32,677 nucleotides of DNA from an uncultured Candidatus Saccharibacteria bacterium (lineage in GTDB: Bacteria > Patescibacteriota > Minisyncoccia > UBA6257 > JACOXY01). Location: positions 1-32,677 of the forward strand of contig CAYHMC010000003.1 of the NCBI GenBank assembly GCA_964357615.1. The letters are read 5' to 3'. A program made the translations under genes and the position numbers. A model generated the notes under the pieces. It had not been told where the DNA came from. It made no database searches and worked only from the letters and a program-made list of their open reading frames with translations. This document shows, one piece after another, positions 1 to 8,424 of this stretch (its first letter is position 1; each line of letters begins with the position of its first letter).

Positions 1-39
1 CCTATCTAATGATAAGTATACACCATTATATCAAAATTG

Positions 40-597
40 TCAATCCCCACCCTTCTTCCCTGTCATAATAAAATACCCTGGGATGTTTAAATGAGAATAT
101 TTTAAAACTACATTATCAAAACAATCCTTCAAATATTTTTTCATAAGGGGCGAATATTGATACACAATAAAAGAACCCCCTGGTTTTATTATTCTGTGCG
201 TACTACTCACAAGACTTGCTCTTTCTGAACTAGAAAAAAATGTGAATGGAATACTAGAAACTACATAATCTACCTGACTAATTCCTTCTGAGTTTAAAAT
301 TTTTAATACATCTTGTGCGCTTCCTTTTATATTTATTAATCTACTATCTTTAATTGTATTTAAATAGCTAATAAAATCTTTGTTAGTCTCTATTGTAATT
401 AACTTAGAATTTGCACTAAGCTGTTTCAAAATAGCTTTGGTGCAAACTCCAGTACCAGGACCATACTCGACAATAATTAAATCTTTAGAAAAATCGATAT
501 TCGAACAAATTTTTTTAATTGTCAAAGAAGATGTTGGCGTAAGAGCAGCCACATTTTTATCTTTTAAAAAAGTTTTTAGGAAGTTAACCTGCTTCAT
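40..597 (-). CDS. Phospholipid N-methyltransferase-like class I SAM methyltransferase (PmtA-like)
   Basis: Motifs VAALTPTSS, IVEYGPGTG (SAM binding), VVSSIPF and FIVYQYS fit this family. ATG at 597 (MKQVNF) is preferred over the ORF-track start at 660. Confidence 0.75.
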   Translation of the reverse strand: MKQVNFLKTFLKDKNVAALTPTSSLTIKKICSNIDFSKDLIIVEYGPGTGVCTKAILKQLSANSKLITIETNKDFISYLNTIKDSRLINIKGSAQDVLKILNSEGISQVDYVVSSIPFTFFSSSERASLVSSTHRIIKPGGSFIVYQYSPLMKKYLKDCFDNVVLKYSHLNIPGYFIMTGKKGGD

Positions 598-727
598 ATA
601 CTTAACTTGATAATCTTTATTATAGTAACTGAATCCAACTTGAACAATGCTTTCAAGCACAGCGTTAAAATTTGATAAATAAAAGCAATAAGAGCAAAAT
701 TAGTTACACAGACTTACTAATGCATCT

Positions 728-1555
728 ATGTTTAATTATCTTAAAAGACAAAAGAAAGTTGGACTAGCTCTTGGTGGAGGTAGCGCAAAGGGATTTTCTC
801 ATATTGGCGTAATTAAAGTTTTAAAAGAAAATAACATACCAATTGACTATATTGCTGGCACAAGCATAGGAGCCTTGATAGGCGGAACATTTGCCGCGTT
901 AAACGACATTAATAAAATTGAAGAAATTGCATTAAAAACAAACTGGCGAGAAATATTACCACTTCTTGACCCATCTATAGTAAATGGCTTACTTAGCGGA
1001 GAAAAATTAACAAGATTTATTGAATCACAAATAGGCAAAATAAATTTTAGCGAATTAGATATTCCCTTTACTGCAGTAGCAACGGATTTAGAAACTGGAA
1101 ATGCTGTTCATATAAATGATGGATCCGTTTCGGAAGCAATTAGAGCAAGTCTATCTTTGCCATTAGTTTTTAAACCAGTCAAACATAACAAAATAACCTT
1201 GTCTGATGGTGGATTATCAGAACCAGTGCCAGTAAAAGCACTTAGAGAAATGGGTGCTGAAATTATTATTGCCGTAAACTTACTCACTCATTATTCATCG
1301 CAGAATAGAAAATCTTTTTCTGGTTTAGGTTTTTATAATATAGCGAGCGACTCAATAAGCATTTTAAATCACCATTTAGCAAACCATAATACTAAAGATG
1401 CTGATATTGTAGTTTTGCCTGAAGTTTATAATTTTGGTTGGAAAAGCATACTAACATCTAAGAGCACGGAAGAAGTCATAATGTCCGGCGAAAAAGCCAT
1501 GTCAGAGAAAATAGAAGCACTTAAAAACAAACTTAACAAAAAAATATTCTGGTAA
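728..1555 (+). CDS. Patatin-like phospholipase (RssA/NTE family)
   Basis: GLALGGGSAKG oxyanion motif, GTSIG nucleophile and DGG catalytic Asp. Confidence 0.92.
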   Translation: MFNYLKRQKKVGLALGGGSAKGFSHIGVIKVLKENNIPIDYIAGTSIGALIGGTFAALNDINKIEEIALKTNWREILPLLDPSIVNGLLSGEKLTRFIESQIGKINFSELDIPFTAVATDLETGNAVHINDGSVSEAIRASLSLPLVFKPVKHNKITLSDGGLSEPVPVKALREMGAEIIIAVNLLTHYSSQNRKSFSGLGFYNIASDSISILNHHLANHNTKDADIVVLPEVYNFGWKSILTSKSTEEVIMSGEKAMSEKIEALKNKLNKKIFW

Positions 1556-1608
1556 CCACAAAACTATGAACTAAATCCTAATTTATTTTATTGTATTAAT
1601 ATAAAATT

Positions 1609-2919
1609 TTAATTTTGAGTATTGTAGTCTGTCAAAATCTCCGCCGGAGAAAGCACTCTATTGTATATTCGCACATTATCTATTAGTCCTTCATAATAAC
1701 CAATGCCCGCCCACTCTGTTCTGCCAATCCAAAGTGGTTTTGAAATATCACTGTTGTGTGTGACATCTCCATTCTGCGTTAGTGAAGGGTCGTAAGAAGA
1801 AACCTCAGCACCATTTACATACACGGTAACATTAGTTGGCGGATCGGTTGGAGAAGCAATTCCATTTCCACTATATACTACTGCTAAGTGGTACCATGTA
1901 CCGTTTGATGGAGCTGTTCCATATCGTCGAACGTTTCCTGTCCCACCGCTGTAAAGTGTATCCGAACCAACTTTGTCGCCATTCAAATTATTTCTATATG
2001 CCACCACCCAGCCAATATTCACATTATTATCACTCTTAGATAAAATAGCTCTTTGGCCAGTGTTGCTTCTGTTAATCCATGCCGTCCAAGTAGCTGGGCC
2101 CATACCAATTGAAGCATTAACACCACCATCCACATAATCATCAACACCATCAAGATAAAGTGCGCTACCAAATCCCGGCATGCTTATGGTTAATACGGTT
2201 GCGCCACCATTTAAGGCTCCATGATTTCCGTTACCAGACGAATCATTTACGGTGCCATTAAAATTATATGACGCAACCAAACCAGCAATTTGAGTGCTTG
2301 ATGAATTGCGAAGTGGAGTGATATATAATTTATTTCCAGCCTCATAGGCATTGATATCATCCCCTCCATCCGAAAGTAAAAATGGTTTTAATTTTTCAGA
2401 CTCAAGAGATGTAGTTAATTCTGGGTCACACACATATGTAAAATATTGTCCTGATGCAAAAGTATTAGTGGGGTCTATTGGTAAGACAGGGAATTTTGCG
2501 CCAAGTCCGGCCCCACCAACACCAAAATTAACTGGTATCCAGCCACTGCCATCAATTCTGTATAAATTACTACTTGATACCTGCGCCCACGACCATCCAA
2601 TCGGCAATGTTGGTGCAATTTCTCCATTATCACTTGGAACTGATACATATACTTTTTGATTAGAATCTCCATAACAAGTATTTGAGAAAAGCGGGCCATC
2701 GAAGTCAACCACACCATTACTAGTTACCAAGATTAAATTAATAGCCGAGTTTATGACACCAATATCGTTAAGACGCTTAGCGTCTCGTGATTGTCTTAAA
2801 AACTCAACTGGACGCAAAACTAAAATAACCGCAACTGCAAGAATCGCTATTATTCCTATAACTATTAAAAGCTCTATAACAGTGAAGCCCATTATTCTGC
2901 TTAATTTGATTTCTGGCAT
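1609..2919 (-). CDS. Type IV pilin-like protein with C-terminal LamG/concanavalin-like domain
   Basis: Prepilin site GFTVIELLIVIGIIAIL. LamG signatures YNFNG..DSSGNGNHG, ALYLDGVDDYV, WYHLAVVY and GLIDNVRIYNRVLS. Confidence 0.9.
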   Translation of the reverse strand: MPEIKLSRIMGFTVIELLIVIGIIAILAVAVILVLRPVEFLRQSRDAKRLNDIGVINSAINLILVTSNGVVDFDGPLFSNTCYGDSNQKVYVSVPSDNGEIAPTLPIGWSWAQVSSSNLYRIDGSGWIPVNFGVGGAGLGAKFPVLPIDPTNTFASGQYFTYVCDPELTTSLESEKLKPFLLSDGGDDINAYEAGNKLYITPLRNSSSTQIAGLVASYNFNGTVNDSSGNGNHGALNGGATVLTISMPGFGSALYLDGVDDYVDGGVNASIGMGPATWTAWINRSNTGQRAILSKSDNNVNIGWVVAYRNNLNGDKVGSDTLYSGGTGNVRRYGTAPSNGTWYHLAVVYSGNGIASPTDPPTNVTVYVNGAEVSSYDPSLTQNGDVTHNSDISKPLWIGRTEWAGIGYYEGLIDNVRIYNRVLSPAEILTDYNTQN

Positions 2920-3027
2920 AAAAATTCTTTTCCAACCCTTCCTTGTTTAAATAAATAATTTAAAGTAGATTATTAATATTATTATACTTCTGATTTATTT
3001 TTATTCATAATATAAAAATTAAAAAAT

Positions 3028-3369
3028 ATGCGATTTATATTGCGCTCAAAAATTCATAAAGCGACGGTCACTGATGCAAATTTAGATTACATTGGAAGCA
3101 TAACTATTGACGAAGAGCTGATTGAAAAAGTTGGTTTCTGGTTAGGCGAAAAAGTATTAGTAGTGAGCAACACAACTGGAGCTCGTCTTGAAACTTATAT
3201 AATAGGTGGCGAAAAAGGAAGCGGAATAATATGCATGAATGGTGCCGCCGCACATCTAGTCAAAAAAGGAGAAGAAATAATAATAATGGGATTTGAGCTA
3301 TCTGATAAACCTATTGTGCCTACAAACGTTCTGGTAGACAAAAATAATCATTTTTTAAAATACTTATAG
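3028..3369 (+). CDS. panD: Aspartate 1-decarboxylase precursor
   Basis: SKIHKATVT, YIGSITID (Gly-Ser autocleavage), RLETY and ICMNGAAAHL motifs. Confidence 0.95.
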   Translation: MRFILRSKIHKATVTDANLDYIGSITIDEELIEKVGFWLGEKVLVVSNTTGARLETYIIGGEKGSGIICMNGAAAHLVKKGEEIIIMGFELSDKPIVPTNVLVDKNNHFLKYL

Positions 3370-3393
3370 TTCGGCTAAAAATACAGTTAAAAT

Positions 3394-3421
3394 AAAAACT
3401 GCTAAAATTTGCAGTTTTTTT
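3394..3421. terminator. Bidirectional intrinsic terminator
   Basis: AAAAACTGC-N8-GCAGTTTTT between convergent genes. Confidence 0.7.
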
Positions 3422-3427
3422 AATTTC

Positions 3428-4693
3428 TTAATTTGTACTAAGTAACGCAATCGCCTTTTTTAATTGTTCGTCATTTTTTACATCCAACTTACTAGATGTC
3501 AGTAATAAAATATCAGATAATGATTTGCGAGAATCAGTAACGGCATAGTCCGGCTTAAGGCCAGTTTCGTTTATTTTAACTTTACTATTTCCAACAAAAT
3601 ATTCATCGGTCGTGAGAATAATCGCACCTCCCGAGGGCAAACGATGAACAGTTTGAACCAATCCTTTACCATAAGTTTTTTCACCAACAAGTAGTGCTCC
3701 GAACCAATCTCTTAGTAAACCAGCTAATATTTCAGCGGATGAAGCAGATTCGGCATTAACCAAAACTACAACTTGTGATTCATTTAGAACGCCAGTAAAT
3801 GCTAATGAGGGATATAATCCTTCGTTAAGCATATCGCCTACGGTAATTACCTTTAATTTTTCCGCTCTGCCTATTAGAGAAACTATAAAATCATCATTAC
3901 TATTAGCAAAGAACATAGAAATCCCTAAAACCGAATTAAGTGTCCCCCCAGGATTATCCCTCAAATCTAATATAAGTTTATTAATAGTATTTCGGCGAGA
4001 AATTTCCCTGTAAAGCCTAAGTGCATCTTCAAGAAATTCATCGGTGGTTTCTTCATTAAATTTTAAAATTTTTACATAACCAATGTCACCCCCTAACATT
4101 TCTGATTCAACAGAACGATTAACAATTGGTTTGCGGATAAGTGTAACTACATCTTGAATGACACCATCCCTCCGGACTTGAATTGAAACATTAGTACTCT
4201 CGGCACCCCTTAATTTTGAAACAATAAAATCTAAAGGCTTCTTTTCAACGTCTTCGCCATCAACACGAGCTATTATATCTCCTCGCTCTAACTTACCACT
4301 TTCTATTGCAGAAGAATTGGTCAAAAGAGAAATAACAACATTATTATTTTTTATAGTTGCAACCTCAATGCCAATTCCAATATATTTTTCATCTCTAGCA
4401 AAAGTTTTCTCGTCGTAAGACGACGGAGACAAGTAACCTGCATACTTATCATTAAGACATAGTGGCAATCCACCCTGAAGAGTTTTCAAAAAACAATCTT
4501 TCTTATTTTCTGGAGTATCAGATATTTCTTTGATAAAATTATTGACTACCAAACCCCAAATTGCATCGAAGTCCTCAAACTCACTTGGTGCTCTCGAAAA
4601 AGTCACAAGCTCCGGCTTTATAAATAAATATGCCACGAGAAACCCAGTCGCAAACATTAAAAAGACCTTAGATACTCTCCGTAGTCTAAGCAT
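3428..4693 (-). CDS. S41 carboxyl-terminal protease (CtpA-like), N-terminal membrane anchor
   Basis: PDZ loop YIGIGI, LILDLRDNPGG, catalytic SASSAE and KTYGKG. Confidence 0.92.
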   Translation of the reverse strand: MLRLRRVSKVFLMFATGFLVAYLFIKPELVTFSRAPSEFEDFDAIWGLVVNNFIKEISDTPENKKDCFLKTLQGGLPLCLNDKYAGYLSPSSYDEKTFARDEKYIGIGIEVATIKNNNVVISLLTNSSAIESGKLERGDIIARVDGEDVEKKPLDFIVSKLRGAESTNVSIQVRRDGVIQDVVTLIRKPIVNRSVESEMLGGDIGYVKILKFNEETTDEFLEDALRLYREISRRNTINKLILDLRDNPGGTLNSVLGISMFFANSNDDFIVSLIGRAEKLKVITVGDMLNEGLYPSLAFTGVLNESQVVVLVNAESASSAEILAGLLRDWFGALLVGEKTYGKGLVQTVHRLPSGGAIILTTDEYFVGNSKVKINETGLKPDYAVTDSRKSLSDILLLTSSKLDVKNDEQLKKAIALLSTN

Positions 4694-4758
4694 TTTTACC
4701 TTTTTTACTTTTTAAAACGCCTATTCGCATTCTACCTATATTTTTAATTATTTAGCAA

Positions 4759-4905
4759 ATGAATCCCGTCAGAAGCGATAAAATAAAAGTCGTTAATATA
4801 ACAGAATTTACATTTATAATGTGTTTTAATTACTAGATCAAATTTGCACGGATATGCCAGCATATCCTGCTTCTAACGGGATGAATCCGACTAGAAGCGA
4901 TAAAA
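4759..4905. repeat. Short element with TIR ATCCCGT(C/T)AGAAGC followed by a degenerate second left end
   Basis: ATCCCGTCAGAAGC (4763-4776) is inverted with GCTTCTAACGGGAT (4869-4882). 4759-4783 is repeated directly at 4881-4905 (21/25 identical). Confidence 0.75.
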
Positions 4906-4961
4906 ATTCACAAACAAAATATCCAATATCTACTAAATGTTGTATACTTATTATTATTGAT

Positions 4962-5444
4962 ATGGAAAAAGAAAAAACAATTATTAATTGGGAAGCGCCA
5001 GAGTTTAGTTATATAGAAAAAGAACCTATCTGGTTTCTATCTGTTGGATTATTTGGAGCTATTTTTCTGATTTATTCTATTTGGCAACAAAATCTACTTT
5101 TTGCTATTTTTATTATCATTTCATCTCTGCTTTTATTTCATTGGGCCAAAGAAAAACCAAAAACACTACTTTTTACACTAAGCGAAGATGGTATTAACAT
5201 TGGAGAAAATCATTCCTATTTGTGGAGCAACTTAGAATATTTTTGTATTTTAAAATCTCATAGAGAACATGACCACTTTGGAGAATTAATTATTAGAAGA
5301 AAGGATAGAATCAATCCATATCTTACAATTCACATTCCGGCAAATCAGCTCGTAGAAATAAGAGAATACTGTCTTTTGTATCTTAAAGAATCAGAATATA
5401 CAGAAACATATACTGATGCGATTCAAAGACTAATAAAATTTTAA
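4962..5444 (+). CDS. Conserved CPR-type membrane protein (two TM helices plus soluble C-terminal domain)
   Basis: INWEAPEFSYIEK followed by two hydrophobic helices. ATG 4962 is preferred because the ORF-track extension lies in a repeat. Confidence 0.75.
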   Translation: MEKEKTIINWEAPEFSYIEKEPIWFLSVGLFGAIFLIYSIWQQNLLFAIFIIISSLLLFHWAKEKPKTLLFTLSEDGINIGENHSYLWSNLEYFCILKSHREHDHFGELIIRRKDRINPYLTIHIPANQLVEIREYCLLYLKESEYTETYTDAIQRLIKF

Positions 5445-5470
5445 ACCGATATACAAATATCGGTTTTTTT
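5443..5470 (+). terminator. Intrinsic terminator
   Basis: AAACCGATAT-ACAA-ATATCGGTTT plus T run. Confidence 0.75.
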
Positions 5471-5554
5471 AAGCAGTGAAAATCATCATTTGCACATTTA
5501 ATATTTCAGATATAATCTTTTAAGTAGTAGAATGCAAACAACTAGGCAAACGAA

Positions 5555-6016
5555 ATGAAATTATGGGTCGCTAATATTTTTTTGTTTTTAATTTTATCTC
5601 TAGCTAATCCAGCAAAATCAGAAGATAACTTTAATCTTAATGAAATAGAGTCTGAAATAATTCGCACCCAAATAGCTATTCATGTTGATTTTTTGGGTGA
5701 ACTTAAGGCGCCATTTGTGTGTCTTAAAGTTAACGGCAATGACCCAAGCGATGAAATGCTCGAAACTCTTCACGATTCTATAATTCCGGTAAGAAAGATT
5801 TCAGAATGTGTTAGTCCAGCGATTGAAATATGGCTTCACAACACCACCATTGTAGGCGACAGTGCATTTGCAACAAGTGGACTAAATATTGAAGACAAGC
5901 CCATATCGCTTGCGCAATATATGCTTATTAAAGAAAATGAAAAAAATATCAGAATTCGCATAAAACAAATGTGGTTTATAGAACGAAATAAACCAGCACC
6001 CAAGCAGAGCATCTAG
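5555..6016 (+). CDS. Hypothetical secreted protein
   Basis: Signal peptide MKLWVANIFLFLILSLANPAKS, two Cys, and a terminator (6002-6028) overlapping the stop. Confidence 0.7.
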   Translation: MKLWVANIFLFLILSLANPAKSEDNFNLNEIESEIIRTQIAIHVDFLGELKAPFVCLKVNGNDPSDEMLETLHDSIIPVRKISECVSPAIEIWLHNTTIVGDSAFATSGLNIEDKPISLAQYMLIKENEKNIRIRIKQMWFIERNKPAPKQSI

Positions 6017-6028
6017 TTCTGCTTTTTT

Positions 6029-6160
6029 ATCCCGTTAGAAGTAGAATACTCCGAGAGACTTCAACTGAAGCTCGCCCGTTTTCCTTGTCACGGGGATGAA
6101 TGCTCACTAATCGGGCGGCGAGTGCGGGGCTTAATACCCCATGTGAGCTTCTAACGGGAT
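6029..6160. mobile_element. Non-autonomous miniature element with perfect 13-bp TIR
   Basis: ATCCCGTTAGAAG (6029-6041) and CTTCTAACGGGAT (6148-6160). GC-rich interior with hairpins CGCCCG/CGGGCG and GGGG..CCCC. Confidence 0.75.
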
Positions 6161-6178
6161 TTATTTAAAATTAACTTT

Positions 6179-7402
6179 CTAAAATTCGCCACGCAACTTA
6201 TCAATTTTATCGAGATCTTCAACGCGAGAGCGCAATCCATTAGTTTCTGGAACATCCTCTATCACTAAAGTTCCGGTACGATATTGCTCAATCATAGATG
6301 TCATTTCATCGGCGCTTATCGAACCTTCCGCGCCAGTAATTTCACCAATTGAATAAATAGCTCTATATAATTCTTCAAAATTCTTAGCTGATTGTATTGA
6401 TTCTCTGTTTCTTGCATCCCCACTTTCTACTTGGATTTCAGCAACCTGCTCCTGATCTTCAACTTTAGTTTCAATATTTTGATTATCAGCACCAGCTTCT
6501 GTTTTTTTACCTTCAATAGAAATTACAACTGAAGTAATATCGTCTTTTTTAGAACGATCAACACCTTCGCGAGACCTAGCTTGTGCAGCTTCCGCAAGTT
6601 TTTTTGAAATTTCTTCCGGAGGAGTATTTAACGCAATTTCTTGTATTTCTGAATCTGTAAGATTGTCGTGCACGCCATCAGATGTAATTATAATTTTATC
6701 TCCGTTATTTAGTTTAACGGTATAAATATGTGGCTCAAAAGCCGTATCGGGCGTTGCGCCACCAATTGCTCCAGTAATAACATTTCTATTTTTATAGTTT
6801 TTCAGTTCTGCTTCTGTAAGTGATGATATATCAGTTAGCTCAGCAAATTTTTTCTGTTCTTTCCTTGCTGCTTCTTCGCCTTCGTCTCTTAATACGGTAC
6901 TAAAATAAATATTATCGTCTAGAGTAATTTGCCTAAGCTCGCCAGACGCACTTTGAACATACACTCTACTATCTCCAACATTACCAATAACTGCATTTAG
7001 TCCATCTTCTTGTGTTTCAAGCAATTTAACTAAAGATGCAGTGGAAGCCATTCCATGAAGTGTTGGATTTTCTGCTACGAGCTTGTACGAATTTTGATTT
7101 GCTTCGGCTAATATTTTTGCCATTTCTTCCTTGACTTGATCTAGCGTTAAGTCTGGAGCCAAAGCTTCAATTTTCTGTAAAATAAAATTTCGATTTTCTC
7201 TCGAAGCAACTTCACCGGCAGTATGCCCTCCTACTCCATCTAATACAGCAAATATCTTTTTTTCTGCATCATTAATAAAAGCATCTTCGTTTCTTTCTGG
7301 ATGCTTATCACTAGCTAAACTTTCTGAAGTTGCAAATAATCTTGCCTCTTGATCCTCTTTATCTTCAAAAGCGTTTCTTATTTCTTGTAGTTTTTCAGAC
7401 AT
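6179..7402 (-). CDS. PP2C/PPM Ser/Thr phosphatase with C-terminal extra domain
   Basis: RNEDA, FAVLDGVGG, NVGDSRVY, TSDGVHD and DDIT metal-binding motifs. Confidence 0.9.
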   Translation of the reverse strand: MSEKLQEIRNAFEDKEDQEARLFATSESLASDKHPERNEDAFINDAEKKIFAVLDGVGGHTAGEVASRENRNFILQKIEALAPDLTLDQVKEEMAKILAEANQNSYKLVAENPTLHGMASTASLVKLLETQEDGLNAVIGNVGDSRVYVQSASGELRQITLDDNIYFSTVLRDEGEEAARKEQKKFAELTDISSLTEAELKNYKNRNVITGAIGGATPDTAFEPHIYTVKLNNGDKIIITSDGVHDNLTDSEIQEIALNTPPEEISKKLAEAAQARSREGVDRSKKDDITSVVISIEGKKTEAGADNQNIETKVEDQEQVAEIQVESGDARNRESIQSAKNFEELYRAIYSIGEITGAEGSISADEMTSMIEQYRTGTLVIEDVPETNGLRSRVEDLDKIDKLRGEF

Positions 7403-7556
7403 AAATTGATAATACTAAATGTTAGAACAACTCAAATGATTGATAGTATTTTGATGGTTTTATTTGACTCTCAAAGCCATTTGACATATTTTATATTATA
7501 TAATAATTTCTATATTTTGTCAATTATAGCAAATTTCTTATAATAAAAATTTACGT

Positions 7557-7629
7557 TGGTGCGCTCGTAGGGATTCGAACAAAATTTTGTAAGACGAAAT
7601 TTTTTGAAACCCATCGACTTCAATACTTC
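7557..7629 (-). repeat. tRNA 3'-end fragment (T-loop to CCA) fused to conserved core
   Basis: Minus strand reads GTTCGAATCCCTACGAGCGCACCA (7580-7557). Core 7579-7629 matches 13586-13649. Confidence 0.85.
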
Positions 7630-7635
7630 TGTACA

Positions 7636-8025
7636 TTATTTAAAGCTATGACCAAAGCGATATGTAGGACCAGCACAACGCTCTAAATCTAAATTGGTTC
7701 GATAGTCAGGAGTGAAGTATATGAAAGATGCAATCATCAAACCAAGAACAATTATCCAAAACCCACTAAAGCGAAACTTTTGATTAAAGTAGGGGGATGT
7801 GGGAATATTTCGGTTTTTATGCCAAAGATAAAGCATGCGCATTCCCCACGCCATAATTAAAATACCAAATAGAAAACCAGAAATACCAAGAAAGTCGTGG
7901 TAATCACAACCATAAAGTCCGGCCGATCCATATGTAATATTTGGACTAATAATTAAAGCTATCAATCCCAGAAGAATAATCCAATTAAACATGGAGCTAC
8001 GATAAGATAAGAATAAATGCCACAT
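7636..8025 (-). CDS. Hypothetical membrane protein (about 3 TM helices)
   Basis: 129 aa ORF with three hydrophobic segments, located between tRNA-Arg and the tRNA fragment. Confidence 0.65.
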   Translation of the reverse strand: MWHLFLSYRSSMFNWIILLGLIALIISPNITYGSAGLYGCDYHDFLGISGFLFGILIMAWGMRMLYLWHKNRNIPTSPYFNQKFRFSGFWIIVLGLMIASFIYFTPDYRTNLDLERCAGPTYRFGHSFK

Positions 8026-8091
8026 ATATTATTATAAACTTTCTCCGCCCCGCTTGCCATTTCAGGCAACTATTCGCGCCTTGACATACGG

Positions 8092-8163
8092 TGCGCTCGA
8101 GAGGAATCGAACCTCTATCGCAAGATCCGCAATCTCGCATCCTATCCGTTGAACGACGAGCGC
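8092..8163 (-). tRNA. tRNA-Arg (GCG), CCA not fully encoded (CCG follows)
   Basis: Acceptor GCGCTCG/CGAGCGC, anticodon arm CGAGA-TTGCGGA-TCTTG and T arm AGAGG-TTCGATT-CCTCT. Confidence 0.93.
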
Positions 8164-8260
8164 ATATTAATTACTTTTATACTACCCCAAAAATACCATC
8201 TTACGCAAGAAAACATGACTTTGATTTCTATAGTCATCACAAAACACAATTTCGGTGTGT

Positions 8261-8289
8261 TTGCCTTAGTGCCAAATTTAGGATATTAT
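8261..8289 (+). promoter_or_regulatory. Putative sigma70 promoter for rny
   Basis: TTGCCT-N17-TATTAT. Confidence 0.5.
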
Positions 8290-8424
8290 ACAATCATAAA
8301 ATAGAAATTATTAATCGTGTTCCTAGCCAAAATGACTACAAGTTACCTATCAATATGCACATCTCGGATATAAATTCGTAATTGGTAGCCAATTATAATA
8401 TGAAGTTAGTGAACAATTTAACAT

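Noticed and set aside
1834-1844. AGTTGGCGGAT matching half of the 16-nt palindrome inside the pilin gene
   Set aside because: The other arm is absent and the sequence is ordinary coding DNA, so this is likely chance.
4759-4905. Possible CRISPR repeat pair
   Set aside because: Only two imperfect copies at a 122-bp period, explained by TIR ends; no cas genes.
8091-8381. ORF MRSRGIEP... (also 13605-13832 and 22028-22228)
   Set aside because: These are shadow translations of tRNA genes and adjacent repeats.
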